DNA of 32,000 nt from Candidatus Electronema aureum (lineage in GTDB: Bacteria > Desulfobacterota > Desulfobulbia > Desulfobulbales > Desulfobulbaceae). The notes under the pieces were generated by a model that was not told the origin of the DNA, ran no database searches, and saw only the letters and a program-made list of their open reading frames with translations. Position numbers and translations under genes: made by a program. Below are positions 23,698-32,000 of the stretch, piece by piece; within the stretch, counting starts at the first letter, position 1, and each line of letters begins with the position of its first letter. Where the stretch lies: contig NQJD01000001.1 in NCBI GenBank assembly GCA_004284765.1, forward strand, positions 30,001 through 62,000, written 5' to 3'.

Positions 23698-25698
23698 TCA
23701 AAAAAATTTCACACCTTGAAAGAAGCGAGCGCAGTCTTGCTCAATGTCGCCTTCCTCTTCCGCTGCGGTTTTGTAGGAGCAGCCAACCGTAAACAGCTTT
23801 TCGATTTTTTGCCCGTCAAAAGCGGTCAAAGTTTTCTTGGTTTGCGTGGCCGTCTTGTGAATAATGCGGCGCTCGCCTTTATTGATCACCTTGCCAGAAA
23901 ATTCGCCAGTGGAATGCAGGGCTTCATCCCACGTAGCGGTATAATTTTCCTGACTGAAGGGACTTGGCGCAAAGAAAGGCTGGATACGATAATGTGCTGG
24001 GCTACCTTTCTGTGGAAAGATTTCAAAACGAACTAAATCTTCAGCCAACAACAGCTCATTGGCATAGCCAAGATGCAGATGCAAAGAGGATTTGCCGCTG
24101 ATTTTTGGATTGCTGAAATCTATCTGAAAATCTTTCAGCTTCATCTGAAGCCGACTGCCTTCACGAACCATCTCCGCTCCCTCAAAATAGACAGGTAAGC
24201 GTTCCTTGCCCAAGGAAAAATATTCAACCCAGTCGTCCACTTCGCCTTCATAGCCAATAGTAATCTCGTCGCTACCCTCTTTGACCATATCAAAATAATT
24301 CAGTTTGAGGATGCTTGCAGATTTCACTGTCACATTGCAGAGTGCGCCTTTGGGATATGCCAAACAGTGGCTGGCAATGAAAAAATTGTTGTGTTCGCTA
24401 AACCAGAGCGAGGTGGTCCATTTTCTGCCTAACCGATCATTCCAGACATTTTTTTGCTCTGGCTCGCCGAAGCTATTGATGCGGACTTTTTCTGTACCCA
24501 CGGAACGATAGTATGGAATAGCCTTGAGCAGAGTATCCATGATCATTTTCGGCGAATCAAGAAAGTCCTTCAGCGGGGTTTCAGGGCTTTTTTCGACAAT
24601 AGCTTGAAAATCAAAGTGAAGCGACTCTCCCCGATGAACATTCTGCACAGCGGAGAGCGGTATTTTTTCCATACTATAGCTCGCCGCTGTCCACTGTTTA
24701 AAATCAATGTCTGGAACCAGCGCAGCCAGTCCTTGGAAAATCGGCTGATTACGCAGATAATCCCGAAACCGAGGCCCTAAAGGAAAGCTCTTTTCCTTCA
24801 CTTTCTCGGTTAATTCGGCAGCAATGGCTTTATGAAAGGCATCCAAGGAATTCTGCGATTTTTCTGCTACTTCCGTTACTGCCGCAGGCAAAGGCAGACT
24901 AAACGACCAGTCCTTAATCACGGTTTCGTCGGTACCAGCGATTTCAACAGTAACATTGCGCAGCTGAAATTCTGCTTTGTCGGTCAGATTGCTAAATTCG
25001 CTGATCGGCACTGCCACATTGTAGTTTTCACCCACATTGGCCCGACTGACGATCACGCCCGCGACTTCTCCGGCCAGATTGAGTAGCGGGCCGCCGCTGT
25101 TGCCCGGCGAGGCAGGTGAAGAAAAACGGATGTCCTTCCACTTACCGTACTCACGCTCATCTGTGAAGGAAGCCACCTGCCCAGCCCGGTAGGAAATGCC
25201 TTCGCCGAGAGCATTCCCTGCGGAAAAAACCGTGTCGCCTACATCAAGTGGGCCGCTGAACGTGAGCGGTCTAATTTTTTCCGGGTATTGCTCCAGATTA
25301 AAAACCAGCATATCGCGAATGGTAGAATATTTATTAATTTTACCAACCGGATAGACCTTACCTGCCGCGTCTCGGATAAAAAATTGTTTACGCAGAGAAA
25401 AATACATCGGGCTGAAGACATGACCAGCAGTCAGCAGTTCTTTTTCGTTGATGAAAAAGGCCGTGCCGATGCTATAATATTTTTCATTCCGCTCTTTGAA
25501 ATCCATTTTTTCAAAAGGCAGTTTGCGGTCATATTCCATTTTGCTACTTTCTATTTTAGGCGTAACTACTTCATAAATGCCGTTGTTCAGCTGCTTAATT
25601 AACTCTTTGTCTAAAAATTTAATGCTATTTTCCGCCCAAACTGTTCTGCTGAAAAACAATGTAACGAGTAACGCTGTAAATATCTTTTTTTTCTGCAT
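23698..25698 (-). CDS. secreted trypsin-fold (S1-type) serine protease with a ~430-aa unrecognised C-terminal region
   Basis: The start is placed at the ATG at 25698, with AGGAG 5 nt upstream. Signal peptide MQKKKIFTALLVTLFFSRTVWA. Catalytic-triad-like order TAGHVF (His), IRDMLVF (Asp), GNSGGPLLN (Ser). The remaining ~430 aa has no motif I recognise. Confidence 0.75.
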   Translation of the reverse strand: MQKKKIFTALLVTLFFSRTVWAENSIKFLDKELIKQLNNGIYEVVTPKIESSKMEYDRKLPFEKMDFKERNEKYYSIGTAFFINEKELLTAGHVFSPMYFSLRKQFFIRDAAGKVYPVGKINKYSTIRDMLVFNLEQYPEKIRPLTFSGPLDVGDTVFSAGNALGEGISYRAGQVASFTDEREYGKWKDIRFSSPASPGNSGGPLLNLAGEVAGVIVSRANVGENYNVAVPISEFSNLTDKAEFQLRNVTVEIAGTDETVIKDWSFSLPLPAAVTEVAEKSQNSLDAFHKAIAAELTEKVKEKSFPLGPRFRDYLRNQPIFQGLAALVPDIDFKQWTAASYSMEKIPLSAVQNVHRGESLHFDFQAIVEKSPETPLKDFLDSPKMIMDTLLKAIPYYRSVGTEKVRINSFGEPEQKNVWNDRLGRKWTTSLWFSEHNNFFIASHCLAYPKGALCNVTVKSASILKLNYFDMVKEGSDEITIGYEGEVDDWVEYFSLGKERLPVYFEGAEMVREGSRLQMKLKDFQIDFSNPKISGKSSLHLHLGYANELLLAEDLVRFEIFPQKGSPAHYRIQPFFAPSPFSQENYTATWDEALHSTGEFSGKVINKGERRIIHKTATQTKKTLTAFDGQKIEKLFTVGCSYKTAAEEEGDIEQDCARFFQGVKFF

Positions 25699-25813
25699 GG
25701 CTCTCCTGCTTGATAATGAATCGCTGAACAACAGTTTCATTGCAATGAAATGATTAGACTACAAAGAAGGGAGTGCGATTGTGCCACCGTTATTCCCTCA
25801 CCGTTTTATCCGC

Positions 25814-28279
25814 CTACCACAAATCTTCCGTCTCTCGTGCGGTTGGTAAAGGCCGTCCCTGATGCAGGATGTCCTCATCTAATATTTTGTGCAAAATAGA
25901 GGTCAGGCAGCCGGGCTGGAGATAGTCTTGCCCTCGGCCTCCTGAAAAAACGAAAGCAGTTTTCCGCGCCAAATCTTCCCACGTCATTGAAGAAGAATTA
26001 TTGGCAACAATCTCAAAAAAATGAAGATTATAGGGATCGTTGATCATCGCCATACCTGTGCCGATGGTAGCTAAGATATCGACGTGGCCGAGAAACAACC
26101 GATTTAATTTGGTATAGACCTTTACCCCGCCGCAAGAGCCAAGGCTGAGGAAACGTTGCTTGGCGTTCAAGTTTTGGGCGGAAATCTGCTTACTCTCTTG
26201 AAGTTGATTAATAGGATCAGTAATCTGCTCCGAACGCCAATAAGAATGACCGCGCTGGGCCAGCATTTCGTCGTTGCCTTGGAGGAAGCGCAGCATCACC
26301 CGCTGCTGACTCTCCTGATCTCCATAGACATGCACGGAATGACTAATGACGATCCCATTGACTTTTTTCACAAAAGTAGCAGAAAACGGCTCTTGGCGCA
26401 TGGCCTCAAAGAGTGTACCGAAATTTTGACCGGTGCGGGCGATGATGCTTTCAAAACGCTGGCGTTCAGCGGCGTTGCTGGCAAAGGTGTACTGATCAGC
26501 TAACCTGAGCTGATAGCCGTTTTTTCTCAACAATTGGGCATTGGAGACAAAAGAGCTACGCCCGTCGTCATCAGGATGGAAAATTGAGAGCGAGCCAAGC
26601 TGGCCGTCCTGCTTCCACTGAACAAAGGGTGTGAGTAAATAGCGGCGGATATCGACCGCACCGTTACGAGCGATGGTTTGCTGAATTAGCGCGGTGGATT
26701 GAGGACTGAGGAGTTCTTGATATTCTTGGATATAGTACTGAAGAATGACCGTGATCAACTTGCTGTAACTGCTTCTGCCGTTGTCAGAGGCCACCATTTT
26801 TTGGATCAAAAAATGCCGAGCTGACGGCTCCAGCACCGTGAGTAGGTAGCGGAAGGTGGCGGAAAAGAGCAAAATTGAGTCCTCATCCTTGAAGGCCGAG
26901 GAAGCTACCAGCTCCAAAATGCGCTGTTGTTCTAACGCGTCAGTCGGAAAAAAGGCAGTCAGCTTGCCTTTTTGGGCCAGACTGACAATGAAGTTAGAGA
27001 CCAGCAGGTTGCCGGGATCGGTAGCCCGAAGAAAGACGAGCAAGTTATTCCGATGCGCCGCGCTGACTCGTTTTTGCAAAATTGGTACCAGAATGTCTCG
27101 GAACGAGGAATCATACAGCTCGCTGCCCTGAGCTAACAAGGCATAAATATTGGCTGAAGTTAGGTCTTCTGCCACTTGACTGCGGTCGGCAGTGGTAGCT
27201 TGGCGCAGCACACTGATCATCTTACCCCGCTGACCTTGGGCTGCTGCAAACTGCCCGCCGTAGCGCGCTCTGGTGGTTCTTGATAGCTTATTGAATAGTC
27301 CTTGTAGCTCACCCGCGCCCATGCTTTGGAGCCGAGCTTGCGAATATTCCACGCCGTATTCGTTAGTTACGGCATGAAGATTGTTAATCCGCCAGACAAT
27401 TTCTTCACCCGCATGATAGAGAGCATCAATGAGAGCAGAGCGGTTCACATCGCTCATGCCGTAGTACTGCGCTTCCTGTACTGACACCGACTGAGAAAAA
27501 TAGCGGGTCAGCCAAGTCCAGATGGTGTTGCGGTCTAATTTTTTGCGTTTGAGGAAAAACTGCATGTTCCAAGCGTCTTCATCCCGCAGCGCGTGAAAAA
27601 GCGGTAGCGCAGTCAAAGCGGTATCCGGGTTCATGTCCTGCACAGCGGCAAAAGAGGCAAAGGCCCACGCTTGCTTTTTGTTGAATTTTTGCAGCGTGGT
27701 TAAGCTGGCCAAGCCGCGATGGACATCCATTCCTTGGATAGCGAAGAGCTGTCGGGCAGTCAGGCTGCTGTCGTCATTCATGGTATTAAGTTGGGGAATC
27801 AGCTGCAAAGCCAAGCCGGAATTCATCCCACTCATACTGATGCAAGCGCGAAAGGTTTTGAGGGCCTCGCGTCGCATCGCCCGCAGTCCCGGCAGCACGT
27901 GAGCGGCCTGCGGCATAGTGGCTCCACTCAACGCGGACCACTGCTCAAAGGCAAGCAGCTGCTCAAAGGAAATCTTGTTCTGGGCTAAATCAGTCAGCAG
28001 CACTCTGCTTTGGGCAAAATTGGCCCCTGGCAGCAGACTGAACCGCCGCACTGCCCGCTGGGCGTTATAATCTAATCCTTTGATCACGTTGCTGCCGTAT
28101 GCCAGCTCTTGAGGCATCAGGCCGGAAATTCTGGCAAAAGCGGCAAAGGTGTTCTGTAACACCACGTCGTTGACTTGCGTTTCCGCCGCTACCGCCGGAG
28201 ACAGCACCGGGGAAAACACGGTAAGTAAGGCAAAAACCGGCAGAGCCGTGAGTAAACGACAGGAACGTTTTTTAGGCAT
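25814..28279 (-). CDS. large secreted protein of unknown function, with six tandem 32-34-aa N-terminal repeats and a C-terminal His/Cys motif
   Basis: Continuous ORF. The ATG at 28279 gives the leader MPKKRSCRLLTALPVFALLTVFSPVLSPAVAA. The ORF-track GTG at 28312 adds 11 aa and lies 10 nt after the rodA stop. Repeats and motifs were read directly from the translation. No family recognised. Confidence 0.65.
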   Translation of the reverse strand: MPKKRSCRLLTALPVFALLTVFSPVLSPAVAAETQVNDVVLQNTFAAFARISGLMPQELAYGSNVIKGLDYNAQRAVRRFSLLPGANFAQSRVLLTDLAQNKISFEQLLAFEQWSALSGATMPQAAHVLPGLRAMRREALKTFRACISMSGMNSGLALQLIPQLNTMNDDSSLTARQLFAIQGMDVHRGLASLTTLQKFNKKQAWAFASFAAVQDMNPDTALTALPLFHALRDEDAWNMQFFLKRKKLDRNTIWTWLTRYFSQSVSVQEAQYYGMSDVNRSALIDALYHAGEEIVWRINNLHAVTNEYGVEYSQARLQSMGAGELQGLFNKLSRTTRARYGGQFAAAQGQRGKMISVLRQATTADRSQVAEDLTSANIYALLAQGSELYDSSFRDILVPILQKRVSAAHRNNLLVFLRATDPGNLLVSNFIVSLAQKGKLTAFFPTDALEQQRILELVASSAFKDEDSILLFSATFRYLLTVLEPSARHFLIQKMVASDNGRSSYSKLITVILQYYIQEYQELLSPQSTALIQQTIARNGAVDIRRYLLTPFVQWKQDGQLGSLSIFHPDDDGRSSFVSNAQLLRKNGYQLRLADQYTFASNAAERQRFESIIARTGQNFGTLFEAMRQEPFSATFVKKVNGIVISHSVHVYGDQESQQRVMLRFLQGNDEMLAQRGHSYWRSEQITDPINQLQESKQISAQNLNAKQRFLSLGSCGGVKVYTKLNRLFLGHVDILATIGTGMAMINDPYNLHFFEIVANNSSSMTWEDLARKTAFVFSGGRGQDYLQPGCLTSILHKILDEDILHQGRPLPTARETEDLW

Positions 28280-28322
28280 AACAGAACGAAAAGAATATTT
28301 TTTTGGGTTCACGTGACTGTTT

Positions 28323-29435
28323 TTACCTTTTCTGAAAGCGCCGCATACGGATATTCATCAGGATGCCAATGGCAATCAAGTTAGTCAGCAGCGAAGAGCC
28401 GCCGTAGCTGAAAAAAGGCAACGGAATGCCCACTACTGGCAGCATCCCCATGATCATAAACAGGTTGATCAATCCCTGCCAAAAAATCAGCATGACAATG
28501 CCAAAGGCGAGATAAACACCAAACTTGTCGCGAGCGGAGAGGGCGATGTTCATCCCCCAAAGGAGGAGAAAGAAAAAGCAAAGCAAAAAAAACATCGAGC
28601 CGACAAAACCCAGCTCCTCGCACCAGACTGCAAAGGCAAAATCGGTGTGCCGTTCGGGCAGAAAATTGAGATGCCCCTGCGTTCCTTCCATGAATCCCTT
28701 GCCGAAGAACTCGCCACTGCCTACCGCAATTTTCGACTGCTTGATCTGATAACCGTGATTCATGGGATCACTTTCTGGATTAAGAAAGGTCTCAATTCGG
28801 CGGCGCTGATAGGGTTTAAGCCCGTATTTCCAGCCCAGCACAACAGTAATCAGGCCAGTGATACTCAGCGAGGTCAAGGCTGGCCAGCGCAGTCTGGAAA
28901 ACAAGGTCATCGAGACAAACATAAAGGCCAGCATCAGCGCGGTACCCAAGTCTGGTTGAATCACAATTAACAGAAAGGGTACTACTGTCAGGGCCGCAGG
29001 TCGCAGGAGATCGAGTAGGCCGTAACCATCCTCTTTCGCTTCAAAACGGGCATAGCAGCTGGCCAGCACCAGCACAAGGAAAAGTTTGGCAGGCTCTGAG
29101 GGTTGGAGCTTGATAAAACCAAGATCAATCCAACGCTGGCTACCAGCTACAACCTTGACGAAGAGCTTGGTGTAGATCAGCAGGAAACAAACCGCAACGT
29201 AGCCGACATAGGAAAGCATCTCCAGCTCGCTGTAATCAACGCTGAGGATAAAAAGAATTAAAGCATATCCGAAGAGAAAAAAATAGAGCTGCTTGAAAAA
29301 AAGCGGCGAGGGTGAAGGACCACCGTTCCATGTCGCGCTGAACAGGTTGGCTAACGACATGATTGTAATCAGGGACAGGGTCAGCACTGTCACCCAGTCA
29401 AAGTTGTTAAGGACGCGGCGGTCGAAGCGGAGCAT
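28323..29435 (-). CDS. rodA: rod shape-determining protein RodA (SEDS/FtsW-RodA-SpoVE family)
   Basis: 370 aa, polytopic. QPSEPAKL and PERHTDFAFA... motifs, and the C-terminal LPFFSYGGSSLL. Located downstream of mrdA. Confidence 0.9.
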   Translation of the reverse strand: MLRFDRRVLNNFDWVTVLTLSLITIMSLANLFSATWNGGPSPSPLFFKQLYFFLFGYALILFILSVDYSELEMLSYVGYVAVCFLLIYTKLFVKVVAGSQRWIDLGFIKLQPSEPAKLFLVLVLASCYARFEAKEDGYGLLDLLRPAALTVVPFLLIVIQPDLGTALMLAFMFVSMTLFSRLRWPALTSLSITGLITVVLGWKYGLKPYQRRRIETFLNPESDPMNHGYQIKQSKIAVGSGEFFGKGFMEGTQGHLNFLPERHTDFAFAVWCEELGFVGSMFFLLCFFFLLLWGMNIALSARDKFGVYLAFGIVMLIFWQGLINLFMIMGMLPVVGIPLPFFSYGGSSLLTNLIAIGILMNIRMRRFQKR

Positions 29436-29457
29436 GAGTCAGGAAAAAAGGTGAAAG

Positions 29458-31413
29458 TTAATCCCCTCCTACAGGGACTACGGGTAAGGCACCGGCATCC
29501 TCTGGCTTGGGCAAGCGGTCGGCGAAATATTTTTCCAGCACAGCCTTGGCGATAGGCGCGGCTGCTGAACCGCCGTGCAGACCATGCTCAACCAGCACCG
29601 TTACCGCAATTTCTGGATTTTCTGCGGGTGCGAAGCAGGTGAACCAAGCATGATCTCGGTATTTATAAGGAATATTTTCTTCTTTAAGATGTTTGTATTG
29701 TTTGATCCGCACGACTTGAGCGGTACCGGTCTTGCCTGCCACAGTGATGCTGTTGAGTCGCGCCTTGGTTGAGGTCCCACGACGACCGTTTACCGCCTCA
29801 ATCAAGCCCTCTTTGAGGAGATTGAGCGCACGCTCTTGGCCGGTGAAATGATCAAGCTCCGTCGCCTGAAAGCGTTCAACTATATGACCGTCAGGATCGC
29901 GCACTGTTTCAATAATACTTGGTTTATACAGCCTGCCGCCGTTGGCCACCGCAGCAGTCATCATAGCCAGTTGGAGGGGTGTAACTAAGTTGAAACCTTG
30001 GCCGATAGCCACGGACAACGTTTCGCCGTCCTGCCAAGGCTTACCGTACCTTTTCAGCTTCCATTCTGAGGTAGGAATCAAGCCGCTCTTCTCATGCTCA
30101 ATCTCGACTCCAGTTTTTTTGCCCAAACCAAGGTGACTGGCATAATTTGCCAACCGATTTACTCCCAGCCGTTGTCCTAAGTGATAAAAATAAACATCGC
30201 AGGATTCAGAAAGGGCGCGTTTGAGATTCACCGTGCCGTGTCCGCCTTTGTATTTCCAACAACGATAGCTGCGGTTGCCGAAACGATAGGAACCCGGACA
30301 ATAGACCGTGCTGTCTGGAGTGATAATGCCTTCTGCCAAACCAGCGAGTGCCGTCACGATTTTGTAAGTAGAGGCAGGTGGATACTGGCCCTGCACGGTT
30401 TTGTTGATCAGCGGATGATGGGGGTTATCGAGCATCTCTTTCCAATTTTTACTGGAAATACCGCCGAGAAATTTGCTCAAATCCAGCACTGGCGAGCTGG
30501 CAACGAGGAGCAAGCGGCCCGTATTTACCTCCACCGCCACCACTGCCCCGGACTTATTCTCGTCCATCATGATTTTTTCTGCCGCCTGTTGGAGATCAAC
30601 ATCTAAAGTAAGCTGGATATCGCTGCCCGGCAGTGGCTCTAAGCCCTTGAGATTGCGCTGCTCAAAGCCGAGCGAATTTACCTCCATGTATTCGCGGCCC
30701 TTTTCTCCGCGCAGGTCTTTTTCCCGTAACCGCTCTAAGCCCATCTTACCCGTCATATCGCCGGGCCGATAACTATCGGTTTCAGCATCTGTTAAATCTT
30801 CTTTGCTGATTTCTGCAAGATAACCGATCATGTGAGAGGCTAAGTTGCCGTAATGATAGACCCGCTGCGGCACTACCTCAATTTTGATACCCGGCATGTC
30901 CATCCGGTTATTCTCAATATAGGCCACTTTGTCCCATTCTATATTCTCGGCCAGACGAATCGGAATGTGACCGGGCGTGCCTGCCATCTTGCGGATGCGG
31001 GCTAAGAGATCGGAGGGGTCAACTGCTAAAATTGCGGCAACTTTTTTGATCAGTTCTTCATCGATGCGGTTTTTCTCCCGCACCCAAACCACGTTAAAGG
31101 AAGGTTTGTTGGTGACAATCTCTCGGCCTTTTCGGTCTAAAATATTGCCACGGGGAGCGGCGATATCAACTGTGCGGACTCGGTTATTTTGGGCAAGTTT
31201 GGCATACTGATCGCCTTGAAGTATTTGAAGGTACCAGAGTCGGGCTGCTAAGGTGGCAAAAAAGAAAATCAGCACTGCTGAGGAATACATAGCCCGACGG
31301 CGGTATAAGTCCAGCTCGCCTTGGTTGATGTGGCTGATAACGGTTTTGTCGTCGCCGCTGCGGGCGGCATCTTCCTCTGTCCCGTGCGTCCTTCTCCGGT
31401 TGATTTTCCTCAT
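29458..31413 (-). CDS. mrdA: penicillin-binding protein 2 (elongasome transpeptidase)
   Basis: 651 aa. N-terminal TM anchor, LWYLQILQGDQY...RGNILDRKG, STYK active-site motif (PASTYKIV) and KTGTAQ. 4-nt overlap with mreD. Confidence 0.93.
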   Translation of the reverse strand: MRKINRRRTHGTEEDAARSGDDKTVISHINQGELDLYRRRAMYSSAVLIFFFATLAARLWYLQILQGDQYAKLAQNNRVRTVDIAAPRGNILDRKGREIVTNKPSFNVVWVREKNRIDEELIKKVAAILAVDPSDLLARIRKMAGTPGHIPIRLAENIEWDKVAYIENNRMDMPGIKIEVVPQRVYHYGNLASHMIGYLAEISKEDLTDAETDSYRPGDMTGKMGLERLREKDLRGEKGREYMEVNSLGFEQRNLKGLEPLPGSDIQLTLDVDLQQAAEKIMMDENKSGAVVAVEVNTGRLLLVASSPVLDLSKFLGGISSKNWKEMLDNPHHPLINKTVQGQYPPASTYKIVTALAGLAEGIITPDSTVYCPGSYRFGNRSYRCWKYKGGHGTVNLKRALSESCDVYFYHLGQRLGVNRLANYASHLGLGKKTGVEIEHEKSGLIPTSEWKLKRYGKPWQDGETLSVAIGQGFNLVTPLQLAMMTAAVANGGRLYKPSIIETVRDPDGHIVERFQATELDHFTGQERALNLLKEGLIEAVNGRRGTSTKARLNSITVAGKTGTAQVVRIKQYKHLKEENIPYKYRDHAWFTCFAPAENPEIAVTVLVEHGLHGGSAAAPIAKAVLEKYFADRLPKPEDAGALPVVPVGGD

Positions 31414-31961
31414 TGCAGCTTGTTGTCCTGACGGAACTGGTTGCCAGTACCCGCACCTTTTGGCCCGGCAAAAGAGAATTTGCCGCGCAGTCGGGAATCT
31501 AAGAAATCAAAACAGCGGAACAGCGGATAGGAAAACAGACAGACTAAACCAGCCCGAAACAACATCGGCGGCCATGACCAGAGGATTCCAGCCTCAGGCT
31601 GAAGGATATCAAGCAGTAAGGAGGATAACCAAGAAATTAACAAATAGCTTACCGCTACCAAGGGCAGCTGATAGAGCGGCTTTCGCACCGGCATTTTGAT
31701 CGTCATGAACTTGAGCAGCAGCCAGCCGCAGCAGCAAATGGCTGGATACAAGCCGACTAAGGTGCCGGAATAGACATCCATCACGCAGCTGACGGGCAAC
31801 AAAATAATGATGCCTCGGCAAAGGCTGAACTGACACGCCACGTAGGCAACGAGGACGTAATACAAGTCTGGCGCGACCGGCCAGAGCGGTCCGGGCATGA
31901 AGACCGTGGTTTGCACCGCTGCCAGCAGCAGACCTACAAGAATGAAAACAAGGGTCGCCAT
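31410..31961 (-). CDS. mreD: rod shape-determining protein MreD
   Basis: 183-aa polytopic protein directly upstream of mrdA. The hydrophobic pattern and position are typical of MreD. Confidence 0.75.
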   Translation of the reverse strand: MATLVFILVGLLLAAVQTTVFMPGPLWPVAPDLYYVLVAYVACQFSLCRGIIILLPVSCVMDVYSGTLVGLYPAICCCGWLLLKFMTIKMPVRKPLYQLPLVAVSYLLISWLSSLLLDILQPEAGILWSWPPMLFRAGLVCLFSYPLFRCFDFLDSRLRGKFSFAGPKGAGTGNQFRQDNKLQ

Positions 31962-31970
31962 AAGTACAGC

Positions 31971-32000
31971 TCAGGGGTATCCGGCCTCAGACTGCGGGCG
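31971..32000 (-). CDS. 3' end of the upstream gene, presumably mreC (only 9 codons in the window)
   Basis: The minus-strand frame reads RPQSEAGYP*, ending 9 nt before the mreD ATG. The identity is inferred from synteny only. Confidence 0.3.
   Translation of the reverse strand, partial: RPQSEAGYP

Noticed and set aside
25699-25740. 14-codon upstream extension of the protease ORF
   Set aside because: The ATG at 25698 has a good SD and yields a canonical signal peptide. The extension would bury it.

Overview
This 32 kb window looks like chromosomal DNA from a sulfate-reducing Desulfobacterota genome, possibly Desulfobulbales-like. That placement is an inference from gene content and from dsrA/dsrB/dsrD sequence recall; no search was run.

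Most of the window is conserved housekeeping sequence. On the minus strand there is a complete tRNA / rimP-nusA-ylxR-infB-rbfA-nrnA-like-truB-rpsO-pnp block (5937-16040), followed by a SurA-like PPIase and a RodZ-like gene. The plus strand carries dsrA-dsrB-dsrD (19824-22619). A minus-strand elongasome cluster, mreC(end)-mreD-mrdA-rodA, occupies 28323-32000.

Three parts are not ordinary:
- **Left edge (1-3062), accessory DNA.** An AT-rich segment encodes a multi-pass membrane protein and an 18-cysteine secreted protein. Next to it is a 1.5 kb cassette bounded by a perfect 21-nt direct repeat (1496-1516 and 3042-3062). The cassette holds a long imperfect hairpin, six tandem ~23-bp iteron-like repeats abutting a promoter, and one ORF with an HU-like N-terminus plus a DUF4469-like architecture. 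No recombinase is present.
- **Downstream of rodA (22678-28312).** Three tightly linked genes not normally part of that cluster follow rodA. They are an ~820-aa secreted protein with six tandem 32-34-residue repeats and a C-terminal His/Cys motif, a secreted trypsin-fold protease with a ~430-aa unknown C-terminal region, and a radical SAM enzyme.
- **The 770-bp region upstream of dsrA.** It contains a 116-bp element with perfect 17-bp terminal inverted repeats (MITE-like) and a terminator-like hairpin with a U-tract just before dsrA.

A decayed transposase remnant also lies between tRNA-fMet and a BamE-like lipoprotein gene. All product calls come from motif and family recall on the supplied translations; no database search was possible.
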